Shown here: positions 9,832-20,304 of the stretch, piece after piece
Numbering within the stretch: the stretch's first letter is position 1
Layout: every line of letters starts with the position of its first letter
NCBI GenBank assembly: GCA_963708135.1
Contig: OY970192.1
Span: 4,512,001 to 4,576,000 of the forward strand
Origin: an uncultured Gemmatimonadales bacterium
Lineage (GTDB): Bacteria > Gemmatimonadota > Gemmatimonadetes > Longimicrobiales > RSA9
Direction of reading: 5' to 3'
Length of the DNA stretch: 64,000 nucleotides
The notes under the pieces: model-generated
What the model was told of the DNA's origin: nothing
Seen by the model: only the letters and a program-made list of their open reading frames with translations
The model's database searches: none
Position numbers and translations under genes: made by a program

Positions 9832-11312
9832 GCTCCAGGCCAACCACCCTGGGCGCGCTGCGCGAGAGCGGCTGGCGCTCCCGGCCCGTCAAGGACGAGA
9901 TCCGCGCCAACCTGCTGGACAAGCTGAGGAGCGGGGAGACGCTCTTCCCCGGCATCGTCGGCTACGAGGACAGCGTCGTGCCGCAGATCGTGAACGCGCT
10001 GCTCTCGCGCCACAACTTCATCCTGCTGGGACTGCGCGGGCAGGCCAAGAGCCGCATCGTGCGCCAGCTCGTCTCGCTCCTCGACGACGAGATGCCGATC
10101 CTGGCCGGCAGCGAGGTCAACGACGACCCCTTCGCTCCACTCTCCAAGTACGGCCGGCTCCTGATCGAGCAGGAGGGCAACGACGCCCCCATCGCGTGGG
10201 TGCCGCGCGCCTCCCGCTACGTCGAGAAGCTCGCCACCCCCGACGTAACAGTGGCCGACATCATCGGCAATGTCGACCCCATCCGCGCCGCCCGCGGCGG
10301 CCACGTCCTCTCCGACGAGCTCACCATCAACTTCGGCCTGCTGCCCCGTGCCAACCGCGGCATCTTCGCCATGAACGAGCTGCCCGACCTGGCCGGCAAG
10401 ATCCAGGTCGGCCTCTTCAACATCATGCAGGAGGGCGACGTCCAGATCAAAGGCTACCCCGTCCGCCTCCCCCTCGACGTCCTTCTCGTCTTCACCGCCA
10501 ACCCCGAGGACTACACGGCCCGCGGCAAGATCATCACGCCGCTCAAGGACCGCATCGGCGCCGAGGTCTCGACCCACTACCCCGAGTCCGTCGAGGATGG
10601 CGCCCGCATCACCAGACAGGAGGCATGGCTCGACCGCGGCGACGCCGCCGTCGACGTCCCCGAGTTCGTGGCCGACGTCATCGAGCGCGTCGCCTTCCTC
10701 GCCCGCGAGGACAAGCGCGTCGACCAGCGCTCCGGCGTCAGCCAGCGCATGCCCATCTCCGTCCTCGAGACCGCCGTCTCCAACGCCGAGCGCCGCGCCC
10801 TCGTCTCCGGCGAGGACCGCCCCGTCACCCGCGTGAGCGACATCTTCGCCGCCCTCCCCGCCATCACCGGCAAGATCGAGCTCGAGTACGAGGGCGAGCT
10901 CGTCGGCGGCCAGAAGATCGCCCACGAGCTCGTCTCCCGCGCCGCCGGCGAGACCTTCCAGGCCTGGGGCGGCGAGGCCGCCGAGGACAGCGTCGAGGAG
11001 GTCGTCGAGTACTTCGACCGAGGCGGCGTGCTCCAGCTCGCCGACGACTCCGCCGCGCCCGCCGTCCTCGAGGGATTCGGCACCGTCCCCGGCCTCCTCG
11101 ACTCCGTCCGCGAGGTCGGCCTCGCCCGCGACGACGCCCCCGGCCGCATGGCCGCCGCCTGCGAGCTCGTCCTCGAGGCCCTCGTCGCCGACCGCCGCAT
11201 CAGCCGCTCCGACGCCGGCCGCTACAGCCGCGCGCCCCGCCGCTCCAGCTCCCACGGCGGACCACACGGCGGCCTCGGCGGCGGCCTCGGACCCCCGCCC
11301 TTCGAGGTCTGA
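9828..11312 (+). CDS. AAA+ ATPase, magnesium chelatase ChlI-like / Rv0958-like
   Basis: Degenerate Walker A GLRGQAKS, GLLPRANRGIFAMNELPDL and TANPEDYT..G.IITPLKDR. ATGA overlap with the NUDIX gene. Confidence 0.85.
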   Translation: MSSRPTTLGALRESGWRSRPVKDEIRANLLDKLRSGETLFPGIVGYEDSVVPQIVNALLSRHNFILLGLRGQAKSRIVRQLVSLLDDEMPILAGSEVNDDPFAPLSKYGRLLIEQEGNDAPIAWVPRASRYVEKLATPDVTVADIIGNVDPIRAARGGHVLSDELTINFGLLPRANRGIFAMNELPDLAGKIQVGLFNIMQEGDVQIKGYPVRLPLDVLLVFTANPEDYTARGKIITPLKDRIGAEVSTHYPESVEDGARITRQEAWLDRGDAAVDVPEFVADVIERVAFLAREDKRVDQRSGVSQRMPISVLETAVSNAERRALVSGEDRPVTRVSDIFAALPAITGKIELEYEGELVGGQKIAHELVSRAAGETFQAWGGEAAEDSVEEVVEYFDRGGVLQLADDSAAPAVLEGFGTVPGLLDSVREVGLARDDAPGRMAAACELVLEALVADRRISRSDAGRYSRAPRRSSSHGGPHGGLGGGLGPPPFEV

Positions 11313-11481
11313 GGCCCGCCGCAGGGCCCCCTCGCGGCCGCGGAGGGTGCGCGCTTCTCGGGCGCGCCTTGGGCTCAGGCTGTGGCGGGTGAAGCAGCCC
11401 GCCAGGCTGGCGGCGGGCCAGTGCAGGGCCTCGCCGGGGCCTCGGCCGAGCGCGGCCCCGGTGCGCCCGGACCGAACCCGC

Positions 11482-12627
11482 TCATCCGCCTGCGCCGCGC
11501 CCCTTCAGTAGCGCGAGCACCTTTTGCTGCGCCACCGGCACGGTATGCCCGTCCAGCCGCTCCGGGTCCACCCAGGCGACGTCTCGCCCCGCGCCCCCCG
11601 GCCCGGAGCCCGTCTCCTCCGCGACCTCGAACCCGAATGCGTGATACGTCGTTCGAAGGTGCGTGAACGTGTGCACGATGCTCCCCAGCGCCCGCCGGGC
11701 GTCCCCGCCCCGGGTGGTCGGCGCAGCGGCGGCATCCTCCGACAGCGCCGCGGCCCTGGCCAGCGCCTCCTCGCCGGCCTTCGCCGCCGCGTCCGCGGCC
11801 GCCTCCTCGCCCGACACCGCCACGCCCGGACACTCCCACAGCCCCGCCAGCAGCCCGCGCTCCGGCCGCCGCACGAGCAGCACGCGGCCGGAGGGGGCGA
11901 CGAGCACTGCGGTGGCGACGTCGCATTCGGGCAGTGTGCGCTTCGGCCGGGGCGCGGGGCGGAGCGCGGCGGTGCCGGCGGCGCGCGCGGCGCATAGATT
12001 GTGGAGGGGACAGGCGTGACAGGAGGGGGCGCGCGGCGTGCAGACCGTGGCGCCGAGCTCCATGAGCGCCTGGTTGAAGTCGCCGGGCCGGTCGGGCGGC
12101 ACGAGCGAGGCGGCCAGCCGCCGAAGCGTCGCCGGCGCGAGCTCCTCGGCATCGAGCAGTCGGCAGAGCACGCGCCGGACGTTGCCGTCCACGGCCGGCA
12201 CGCTCTGCCCGAACGCGATGCTGGCGATGGCGCCGGCCGTGTACTCGCCGACCCCGGGGAGCGTGCGCAGCGCGTCGTAGCCGCCCGGCACCTTGCCGGC
12301 GTGGCGGTCTCGCACGATGCGTGCGGCGCGGTGGAGGTTCCGGGCGCGGGAGTAGTAGCCGAGGCCCTCCCACTGCTTGAGCACGTCGTCCGTGTCCGCG
12401 TCGGCCAGCGCGTCCACAGTCGGGAACCGCTCGAGCCAGCGCTCGTAATAGGGAACGACGGCCTCGACGCGCGTCTGCTGGAGCATGATCTCCGAGACCC
12501 AGACGCGGTACGGATCGACGTCGCGGCGCCACGGCAGCTCACGGCGGCGGGTCTCGTAGAAGGCCAGCAGCGACGCGCGGATCTCCGCGATCTCGGCGGC
12601 CGCGAGCTCGTCTGGCGCGTCGCTCAC
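11482..12627 (-). CDS. mutY: A/G-specific adenine DNA glycosylase
   Basis: Motifs WVSEIMLQQT, WEGLGYYSRARNL, LPGVGEYTAGAI, VDGNVRRVL and NQALMELGATVC; Fe-S cysteine motif; C-terminal NUDIX-like domain. Confidence 0.95.
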   Translation of the reverse strand: MSDAPDELAAAEIAEIRASLLAFYETRRRELPWRRDVDPYRVWVSEIMLQQTRVEAVVPYYERWLERFPTVDALADADTDDVLKQWEGLGYYSRARNLHRAARIVRDRHAGKVPGGYDALRTLPGVGEYTAGAIASIAFGQSVPAVDGNVRRVLCRLLDAEELAPATLRRLAASLVPPDRPGDFNQALMELGATVCTPRAPSCHACPLHNLCAARAAGTAALRPAPRPKRTLPECDVATAVLVAPSGRVLLVRRPERGLLAGLWECPGVAVSGEEAAADAAAKAGEEALARAAALSEDAAAAPTTRGGDARRALGSIVHTFTHLRTTYHAFGFEVAEETGSGPGGAGRDVAWVDPERLDGHTVPVAQQKVLALLKGRGAGG

Positions 12628-12639
12628 CGGGGCCGACCG

Positions 12640-12718
12640 GGTTTTGGTTTTGGTTTTGGTTTTGGTTTTGGTTTTGGTTCTTGGTGCATTTTGCGCTTGC
12701 CCTTGCGCTTGCCCTTGC
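12640..12718. repeat. Hexanucleotide tandem repeats: (GGTTTT)x6, then (TTGCSC)x4
   Basis: Six exact GGTTTT units at 12640-12675. TTGCGC-TTGCCC-TTGCGC-TTGCCC at 12691-12714. Both lie in the divergent mutY/vWA intergenic gap. Confidence 0.95.
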
Positions 12719-12731
12719 TGGAGTCCCAGTC

Positions 12732-14021
<1,290 letters not shown>

Positions 14022-14030
14022 GCGAGCCGC

Positions 14031-17000
14031 CTACGGCCTCGCCCCGCCCCCAGCGCTCACCGGCTCGGCCGCCTCGCCCGTCGGCTCCGGCAGATCGTTC
14101 CAGTTCATGAGCGTGTTCCACACCATCGGGAACTCGTGGTGGTTGAGGAACCGGTGCAGCGGGTCGAACGTGAACGCGACGACCCGCCCCTTCCCGACCG
14201 GCACGTCGAAGATCGCGCCCTCGCCAATGATCTCGTCGGCGTTCCGCACCATCCCCGAGACGACGTAGTCGCCCGCGCCGTTGCCGCCCTCATCCTCGCC
14301 CGCTGCGGCGGGTGCCGCCGCGCGCGGCGCTCCCGGCTCGCCGCGGTCGGGCGCGGTGGCGGGCTTCGCGCCACCGGCCGCCGCGCCGGGCTTCGCTCCA
14401 CCGGGCGGCTGCGCACCCGCGGGCTTCGCGCTACCGGGTGCCTGCGCACCTCCGGCGGCTTCCGCGGCCCCGGAGGGTGCCGGCGCCTTCGTCGCCTTGC
14501 TCGAGGTTTCCGGCATCCCGAGCATCGGCCCCTCCTTCTCGGGCTTCTTCGTCTTCGTGCCGTACTCGAGCACCACCATGGCGCTGTCCCGGTCGGACAC
14601 GGCGAAGAGCGGCGCGTTGCCGCGGAAGATCGTCGTCTTCTCGGGGTAGCCGTAGAGGATCGGGTTCTCCCCGTGCGCCGCCTTCGCGCGCACGATCGAG
14701 CCCGGGTGGAACAGACGGCCGGCCGCGTGCGGCCGGAGCGGCCGGGCCAGCCCCGTCTCCGAGACCAGCCGGGTCGCGTTCGCCAGCGTCACCAGCGTGC
14801 CACCGTCCTCCACGAACTGCTGCAGCCGGTCCATCCCCTCGAACCCCGGGCCGCCCGTCATGTCCGGCGTGGAGGCCGGCGTGCCGAGCGCGGGCGTGGC
14901 TTTCGTCTTCTGGAAGGCCAGCGGCCCCCACTTCGTGTCGATGCCGTGCACCATCGTTGCCGACGGGCCGTTGATGTTCGGCACCAGGATGACGTCGAAG
15001 CGGTCGCGCAGCTTGCCCTTGCGCAGGTCATCCTTGTCGATCGACGTGTAGGGGATCCCGAGCTGCTCGAACGTGAAGCGCGCCCACCCCTCGTCCTGCG
15101 TGCTGTACCAGGTGTGGTAGATGGCCACGCGCGGCAGGTCGAGCGGGTGCCTGGCGACGTCGGGGGCCGCCGCCACGCCGCGCAGCGGCAGCGCGTGCGC
15201 GCGGGCCAGCGTCTCCGCCGCGGCGGCCGGCACCTTCTCGAGGATCAGCGAGCCGGCGGGGAAGCTGTCCCCCGCCGCGGTGAACGGCCGCTCGGCCGCG
15301 TACGCGCGCGCCTTCGAGACGTGGTCCTTCAGCCAGTACAGCGCCGGCAGCACCTCCGCCTGCGCCGTGTACTTCATGACGTAGGCCGGCGACCCTGCGC
15401 CCGCCACGCTGTCCGCGGCGGCCACAGTGTCCGTCACCGGCCGCAGCCCGGGCCAGTGGAACGCGGCCGTGTCATCGACGGCGTTCACGTCCACGCCGTA
15501 CAGGTAGCCGAGCGTCCAGGCGATGTCGTCGTAGGGCGGGTACTGCGCGGTCGGAGGGTAGTGCTGCTTCGTGAGCAGGTTCACGGCCAGGTCGCGGTAC
15601 GGCTGGTCGAGCAGCACCACGAAATCGCCCGCGGAGTCCCCGCTCATCCGCTGCTGCACCTCGATCTTCTGGCGCAGCAGCTGGTTCACCAGGTACGCCA
15701 CCATCTTCGGGTCGCGCTGCCGGTTGAAGCCCGGGATCACGAACGCGTGCGGCGTCTCTTCGCGCCCGCGCTTCAGGCTGTTCACCCCGATCTGCCAGAA
15801 GTCGTGCAGCATCTTGGACGAGTTGTCCGCCGCGTACGTCAGCGACGAGAGCACCCCCGCCTCCATGTAGTTGATGTTGTCGCGCGCCGACCAGCGCACC
15901 TTCTTGGTCGGCGGCCACGGCCGGTACCAGGTGCGGGCCGTGGCCGGCTCGCCCGCGAAGCGCTCGTCGTCCAGCTTGCGCACGTACGTGTCCGCGCCCG
16001 CGTTGCCGAACGTCTCGAAGAAGCGCCCCACCGAGTTGTGGTTGTTCGCCACCCAGATCGCGTAGCCCGGCCACCAGCCGTCGAAGAAGCCCCACGTCCA
16101 CACCCCGGGCAGCCCCTGCGCCGCCAGGCTGCCGATGTCGTTGTTGGCCATGGTCTGCCACTCGCTGATCAGGATCGGGTCGTTGTCCACGTTGTAGGGA
16201 CCCGTCCCCGTCGAGATGTAGAGCAGCGGCACGGATTCGTGCAGGTCGTGCATCACCAGCGGGTGCCAGCGGTAGTAGATGCTGAAGATGGCCTTCGTCA
16301 GGTCCTGCGAGATCTGCAGCCCATCCCGGTTGTTGTCGTGCACCACGTAGTGTCCCCAGTAGGGCGAGCTGCGCGGGAAGCCGTCGTCGAATTCCTTCCG
16401 TCCCTTCGTGTAGTGCAGGTACCAGTCGACCTGCCGGTCCCGCCCGTCCGGCTCCGAGACCGGGTTGATCAGCGTGATCACGTGGTCGCGGATGTTCTTC
16501 ACCGCCGGCGCATCGCTCCCCGCCAGCCGGTAGGCGAGCTCCATCACCATCTCCGGCGAGCCCATCTCCGGAGAGTGCAGCCCCGCGTTCAGGTAGTAGA
16601 TCGGCTTGGCGTCCGCGAGCACCCGCTCCGCCTCCGCGTCGCTCATCCCGCGCGGGTCCGCCAGCCGCGCCAGGTCCGTCCGGTAGCGGTCCAGGTGCTG
16701 CATCGTCTGCTCGTCCGCGATCACGACCAGGTCGATGTCACGCCCCTCCTCCGTCGTGCCCACCTTCTCCACGCTCACGCGCGGGCTCGCCTTCGCCAGC
16801 GCGCGGAAATAGCCGTAGACCTCGTCCGCGTGGTGCATCACCCCCGGCGCCCCCACGATCGTGCCGAAGTGCTCGAGCGGACTCGGCAGCCCCGGATCCA
16901 CCGGCAGGCTCTCGACCGAGGACGGCAGGAAGTGCGGGTCCGTCGTGTACTCCCCGATCATCCGCGTGTACGCCGTGTCCGCGGCCTGCGGCGACGACGG

Positions 17001-17219
17001 GCCCGCCGCGCCCGCAGCCCGGCCGGGAGCCGTCGCGGGGCGAGTAGCCACCGCGCCTCGATGCGTTGCCGCCGGGGTACCTGCCGCGACGCCGTTCTGC
17101 TGCGCCGCAGCCGGCAATGCCGCGGCGGTCAGCGCGTAGAGGATCGAGAGGATCGGGGCGGCGGCGCGAGCCGCCACGCGCACCCGTGCGGCGGGGATGC
17201 GAGCCGGGAACATTCGCAT
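14031..17219 (-). CDS. Large secreted M14 zinc carboxypeptidase with C-terminal GATase-like domain
   Basis: Signal peptide ending AAAQQ; motifs GTTEEGR, LHSPE, DNNRD and HDLHE. Start is 17219 or 17213. Confidence 0.85.
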   Translation of the reverse strand: MRMFPARIPAARVRVAARAAAPILSILYALTAAALPAAAQQNGVAAGTPAATHRGAVATRPATAPGRAAGAAGPSSPQAADTAYTRMIGEYTTDPHFLPSSVESLPVDPGLPSPLEHFGTIVGAPGVMHHADEVYGYFRALAKASPRVSVEKVGTTEEGRDIDLVVIADEQTMQHLDRYRTDLARLADPRGMSDAEAERVLADAKPIYYLNAGLHSPEMGSPEMVMELAYRLAGSDAPAVKNIRDHVITLINPVSEPDGRDRQVDWYLHYTKGRKEFDDGFPRSSPYWGHYVVHDNNRDGLQISQDLTKAIFSIYYRWHPLVMHDLHESVPLLYISTGTGPYNVDNDPILISEWQTMANNDIGSLAAQGLPGVWTWGFFDGWWPGYAIWVANNHNSVGRFFETFGNAGADTYVRKLDDERFAGEPATARTWYRPWPPTKKVRWSARDNINYMEAGVLSSLTYAADNSSKMLHDFWQIGVNSLKRGREETPHAFVIPGFNRQRDPKMVAYLVNQLLRQKIEVQQRMSGDSAGDFVVLLDQPYRDLAVNLLTKQHYPPTAQYPPYDDIAWTLGYLYGVDVNAVDDTAAFHWPGLRPVTDTVAAADSVAGAGSPAYVMKYTAQAEVLPALYWLKDHVSKARAYAAERPFTAAGDSFPAGSLILEKVPAAAAETLARAHALPLRGVAAAPDVARHPLDLPRVAIYHTWYSTQDEGWARFTFEQLGIPYTSIDKDDLRKGKLRDRFDVILVPNINGPSATMVHGIDTKWGPLAFQKTKATPALGTPASTPDMTGGPGFEGMDRLQQFVEDGGTLVTLANATRLVSETGLARPLRPHAAGRLFHPGSIVRAKAAHGENPILYGYPEKTTIFRGNAPLFAVSDRDSAMVVLEYGTKTKKPEKEGPMLGMPETSSKATKAPAPSGAAEAAGGAQAPGSAKPAGAQPPGGAKPGAAAGGAKPATAPDRGEPGAPRAAAPAAAGEDEGGNGAGDYVVSGMVRNADEIIGEGAIFDVPVGKGRVVAFTFDPLHRFLNHHEFPMVWNTLMNWNDLPEPTGEAAEPVSAGGGARP

Positions 17220-17523
17220 CGGTGACTCCGTTGATCGGAAGCGGCGATGGAGGAAGGGTTTCCGCTGCTTAATAACGCGCTCCGGCATCGCCCGGCAAGG
17301 GCCGGGAACGCGGACGGCTTCCCCGGATTGACCGTGCCGGCCACGCGACCCCCCCCGGTTCCCGGCCCGGGCTCGGGCATCCGGGGGAAGGATCCCTCGA
17401 ATCAGCCGGAGGTGAGCTCCGCGCGCATCGGTTCAGGCCAGGAAAAGCCGGATTCGGATCCCGCTGTGCTGGATTCGGATTCGTTGAACGACGGGAGGTG
17501 CGGGCGCTCCTGCCGGGCCGTGC

Positions 17524-18507
17524 TCAGAACACCTTGACGTTGATGTACTTCTTCGGGTTCTGCCGGATGTCCTCGACCAGCAGGTTCAGGTTGGCGGCGG
17601 CGGCGGTCATGTTGTCGTAGAGCGCCTCGTCCTTGGAGAGCTTGCCGAGCGTGCCCTCGCCGCGCTCCATCCGGCCGAGCACGCTCTGGAGCGAGGCGCT
17701 CGCGGCGCTCAGCCGGTCGGCGCTGGTGCCGAGCGCCGCCGTCAGGGTGTCCATGCGGGCCGTGAGCCGCGTCACCTGCTCGCCCGGCTGGGCCCTGGCG
17801 AGGCCTGCGGAGACGTCGCGCATGTTGGTGAGCGTCGCGCTCAGGGAGGCTCGCTCCTGCACGACCAGGTCGCGCGTCGTCGCCAGCAGCTGGCGGAGCT
17901 GCGTCGTCCCCGCGCGCAGCTCCGCGGTGGTCGCGCCCAGGTTGCTCACGTTCGAGGGCGAGAGCAACTCCTGCGCGCGCCCCAGCAGGACGTCCGCCTT
18001 GCCGGTGAGCGCGCCGACGTCGCCCAGCCCGCCCCCGGTCGCGGAGACCCCGGGCAGGGTGCCGCCGCCGCCGATCATCTGCGAGGAGTGGCCGGGCACG
18101 ATCTGCGCCACCATCCCGCCCAGGAGGCCGCTCGACTCGAGGTTCACCCGCGAGTCGACGGGCACGCTGTACTCGCCCTCGAGCTCGAGGCGGACCCGCA
18201 CCCCGTTCGGCACCATCGTGAACTTGGACACCCGCCCAATGTTCACGCCGCGCATCTCCACCGGATCGCCGCGGCGTATGCCGCCGGCATCCGGCACCAC
18301 GGTCGTGATGATGTAGCGGCCGCGGAAGAGCGCGGGGTCCGTGAGCGTGAAGAGCGCGATCAGGATGGAGATGATGCCGACCAGCACGAACGCGCCCACG
18401 ATGACCTGGCGCCCCCCCCGCCGCGGCGGGATCAGCACGTCCGCGGGCACATCCCGGTCTTCGGCATCGTGCTCCCGCGGGCTCCACGCCGTCCTCTCTC
18501 GTGCCAT
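17524..18507 (-). CDS. mlaD: MCE/MlaD family protein
   Basis: Single TM helix, MCE motif AGGIRRGDPVEMRGVNIGRV, helical stalk with GEGTLGKL, and C-terminal DIRQNPKKY. Confidence 0.88.
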   Translation of the reverse strand: MARERTAWSPREHDAEDRDVPADVLIPPRRGGRQVIVGAFVLVGIISILIALFTLTDPALFRGRYIITTVVPDAGGIRRGDPVEMRGVNIGRVSKFTMVPNGVRVRLELEGEYSVPVDSRVNLESSGLLGGMVAQIVPGHSSQMIGGGGTLPGVSATGGGLGDVGALTGKADVLLGRAQELLSPSNVSNLGATTAELRAGTTQLRQLLATTRDLVVQERASLSATLTNMRDVSAGLARAQPGEQVTRLTARMDTLTAALGTSADRLSAASASLQSVLGRMERGEGTLGKLSKDEALYDNMTAAAANLNLLVEDIRQNPKKYINVKVF

Positions 18508-18511
18508 CGCC

Positions 18512-19276
18512 TCAGGTCTCCAGTAGCTCAGCAGAGTTCATGGCCGTATCGCGGTCCAGGAAGGCCCGGACCAGCGGCTCCCGCGACTGCCGGAACTCCT
18601 GCGGCGTGCCGACGAACCGGATCCGGCCGCCGTGCAGGAGCGCTACCCGGTCCGCCACGTCCAGCGCCCCCTCGACGTCGTGGGTCACCAGCACGGACGT
18701 CGCGCCCAGTGCGTCGTTCACGTGCGCGATCAGCCGGTGCACCAGCGCCGAGTTGACCGGGTCCAGCCCCGTGACCGGCTCGTCGTACAGGATGATCTCG
18801 GGGCGCCCCACGAACGCGCGCGCCAGCCCCACACGCTTCCGCATGCCGCCGGAAAGCTCCGACGGGAACTTCGAGAGCACCACCCTGGCGTCCAGGTTCA
18901 CGTGCTCCAGCGCGTTCACGACCCGCCGCGCCACGTCCGGCCGGTCCAGCCGGCGCAGCTCATCCTCGTGGATCCCCGCCGCCACGTTGTCGAAGATCGT
19001 CATCGAGTCGAACAGCGCCGCGTACTGGAAGACGTAGCCGATCTTGTGCCGGATCCGATCCACCGCCGCGGGGCCGTCGAAGAACGGCGACTCGCCGTTC
19101 ACCCGCACATCGCCGCGGTCCGGGACGATGAGCCCCAGCGTGGTCTTGAGCAACACGCTCTTGCCCGTGCCCGACGGCCCCACGATCGCCAGCGCCTCGC
19201 CCGTCCGCACCTCGAGCGAGACGCCCTGCAGCACCGGCACGTCGAACGACTTCCAGATGTCGATGTATTCGATCAC
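18512..19276 (-). CDS. mlaF: MlaF-type ABC transporter ATP-binding protein
   Basis: GPSGTGKS, FQYAALFDS, ELSGGMRKRVGLARA, YDEPVTGLDP and VTHD. Confidence 0.92.
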   Translation of the reverse strand: MIEYIDIWKSFDVPVLQGVSLEVRTGEALAIVGPSGTGKSVLLKTTLGLIVPDRGDVRVNGESPFFDGPAAVDRIRHKIGYVFQYAALFDSMTIFDNVAAGIHEDELRRLDRPDVARRVVNALEHVNLDARVVLSKFPSELSGGMRKRVGLARAFVGRPEIILYDEPVTGLDPVNSALVHRLIAHVNDALGATSVLVTHDVEGALDVADRVALLHGGRIRFVGTPQEFRQSREPLVRAFLDRDTAMNSAELLET

Positions 19277-19286
19277 GCGCGTCCGC

Positions 19287-20111
19287 TCAGTTCAGGAAAA
19301 GCGGCGGGAACATGGCGTCCAGGAACAGCACCGCAAGGGTCATGAACATGACCAATGTCGTCGTCGCCTTGCCGACCCCTTCCGCGCCGCCCCGCGTGCG
19401 CAGTCCCATGTGCACGGCAATGAGCGGGATGATGAATCCGAACGCCTCTCCCTTGCCGACGGAATAGAGCAGGTCCCAGTTGTGCCAGTAGAGCCGCGCA
19501 CCGTAGAAGAACGCCTCCCGCCCGAGCCCCACCGTGCTGCGCGCCGCGAGCATCCCTGCGTAGAGGGCCACCGTGTCCGCGAGTCCCACGAGCATCGGGA
19601 CCACGACCATCCCCGCGAGCAGCCGCGGCGCCGCCAGCTCCTGCACGGGATCCCGGCCCAGCGAATACATCGCGTCGATCTGCTCCGACACCTTCATGCT
19701 GCCGAACTCCGCCGTGATGCGGGCACCCACCCGGCCGATCAGCACCACCGCCGTCAGCACGGGCGCGAGCTCCAACACCACGCTCGACGTCACCACGCTG
19801 CCGAGCACATAGAGCGGGATCGAGCCCGTGAACTGGTAGCCGCCCTGCTGGGAGGTCACGACCCCCGACAGCACGGCCGTGATCAGCACGATCGGGATGC
19901 TCAGCACCCCCATCCAGTAGGCCTGCTCCGTCACGGCTCGCAGCGGCACCTTGCCGCGCACCACCGCCACGCCGATCTGCCAGATGAGCTGCGCCATCTC
20001 CGCCAGGTGCTTGAGCACGCCCTCGCCCACGCGCCCGAGGGCGAGCAGCACCCGCCTCGGCGCCTCCACTATTGCTGCCGTGCCTGCCGTGCCGTTCGCC
20101 AAGTCAACCAT
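19287..20111 (-). CDS. mlaE: MlaE-type ABC permease
   Basis: ELAPVLTAVVLIGRVGARITAEFGSMKVSEQIDAM and GGAEGVGKATT. Start chosen at ATG 20111. Confidence 0.9.
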   Translation of the reverse strand: MVDLANGTAGTAAIVEAPRRVLLALGRVGEGVLKHLAEMAQLIWQIGVAVVRGKVPLRAVTEQAYWMGVLSIPIVLITAVLSGVVTSQQGGYQFTGSIPLYVLGSVVTSSVVLELAPVLTAVVLIGRVGARITAEFGSMKVSEQIDAMYSLGRDPVQELAAPRLLAGMVVVPMLVGLADTVALYAGMLAARSTVGLGREAFFYGARLYWHNWDLLYSVGKGEAFGFIIPLIAVHMGLRTRGGAEGVGKATTTLVMFMTLAVLFLDAMFPPLFLN

Positions 20112-20304
20112 CCTCGCTGTCTCCGCCGCGCCTAACGCGCGGCGGTGCGGCTCCGGTTCCTCCCCCCCGCAAGCAATGTACGAGCCTTCCCGGCCGGGCG
20201 CGAAGCACCGTCGGCGGCCGCCGACGCCCGCCCCTCTGGCTCCGCATGCCCTCCCCGCCCATATTATCTTCCCCCTGGAATTCGCCAGACAAGGAACCGG
20301 ATCC

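Noticed and set aside
9828..11312. Bacteriochlorophyll Mg-chelatase (photosynthesis gene) or a displaced GvpN
   Set aside because: No bchD/bchH or photosynthesis genes; the motifs fit the vWA-associated ChlI-like family; it lies over 40 kb from the gvp genes.
14136..17225. 1029-aa plus-strand ORF
   Set aside because: Antisense shadow of the M14 peptidase.
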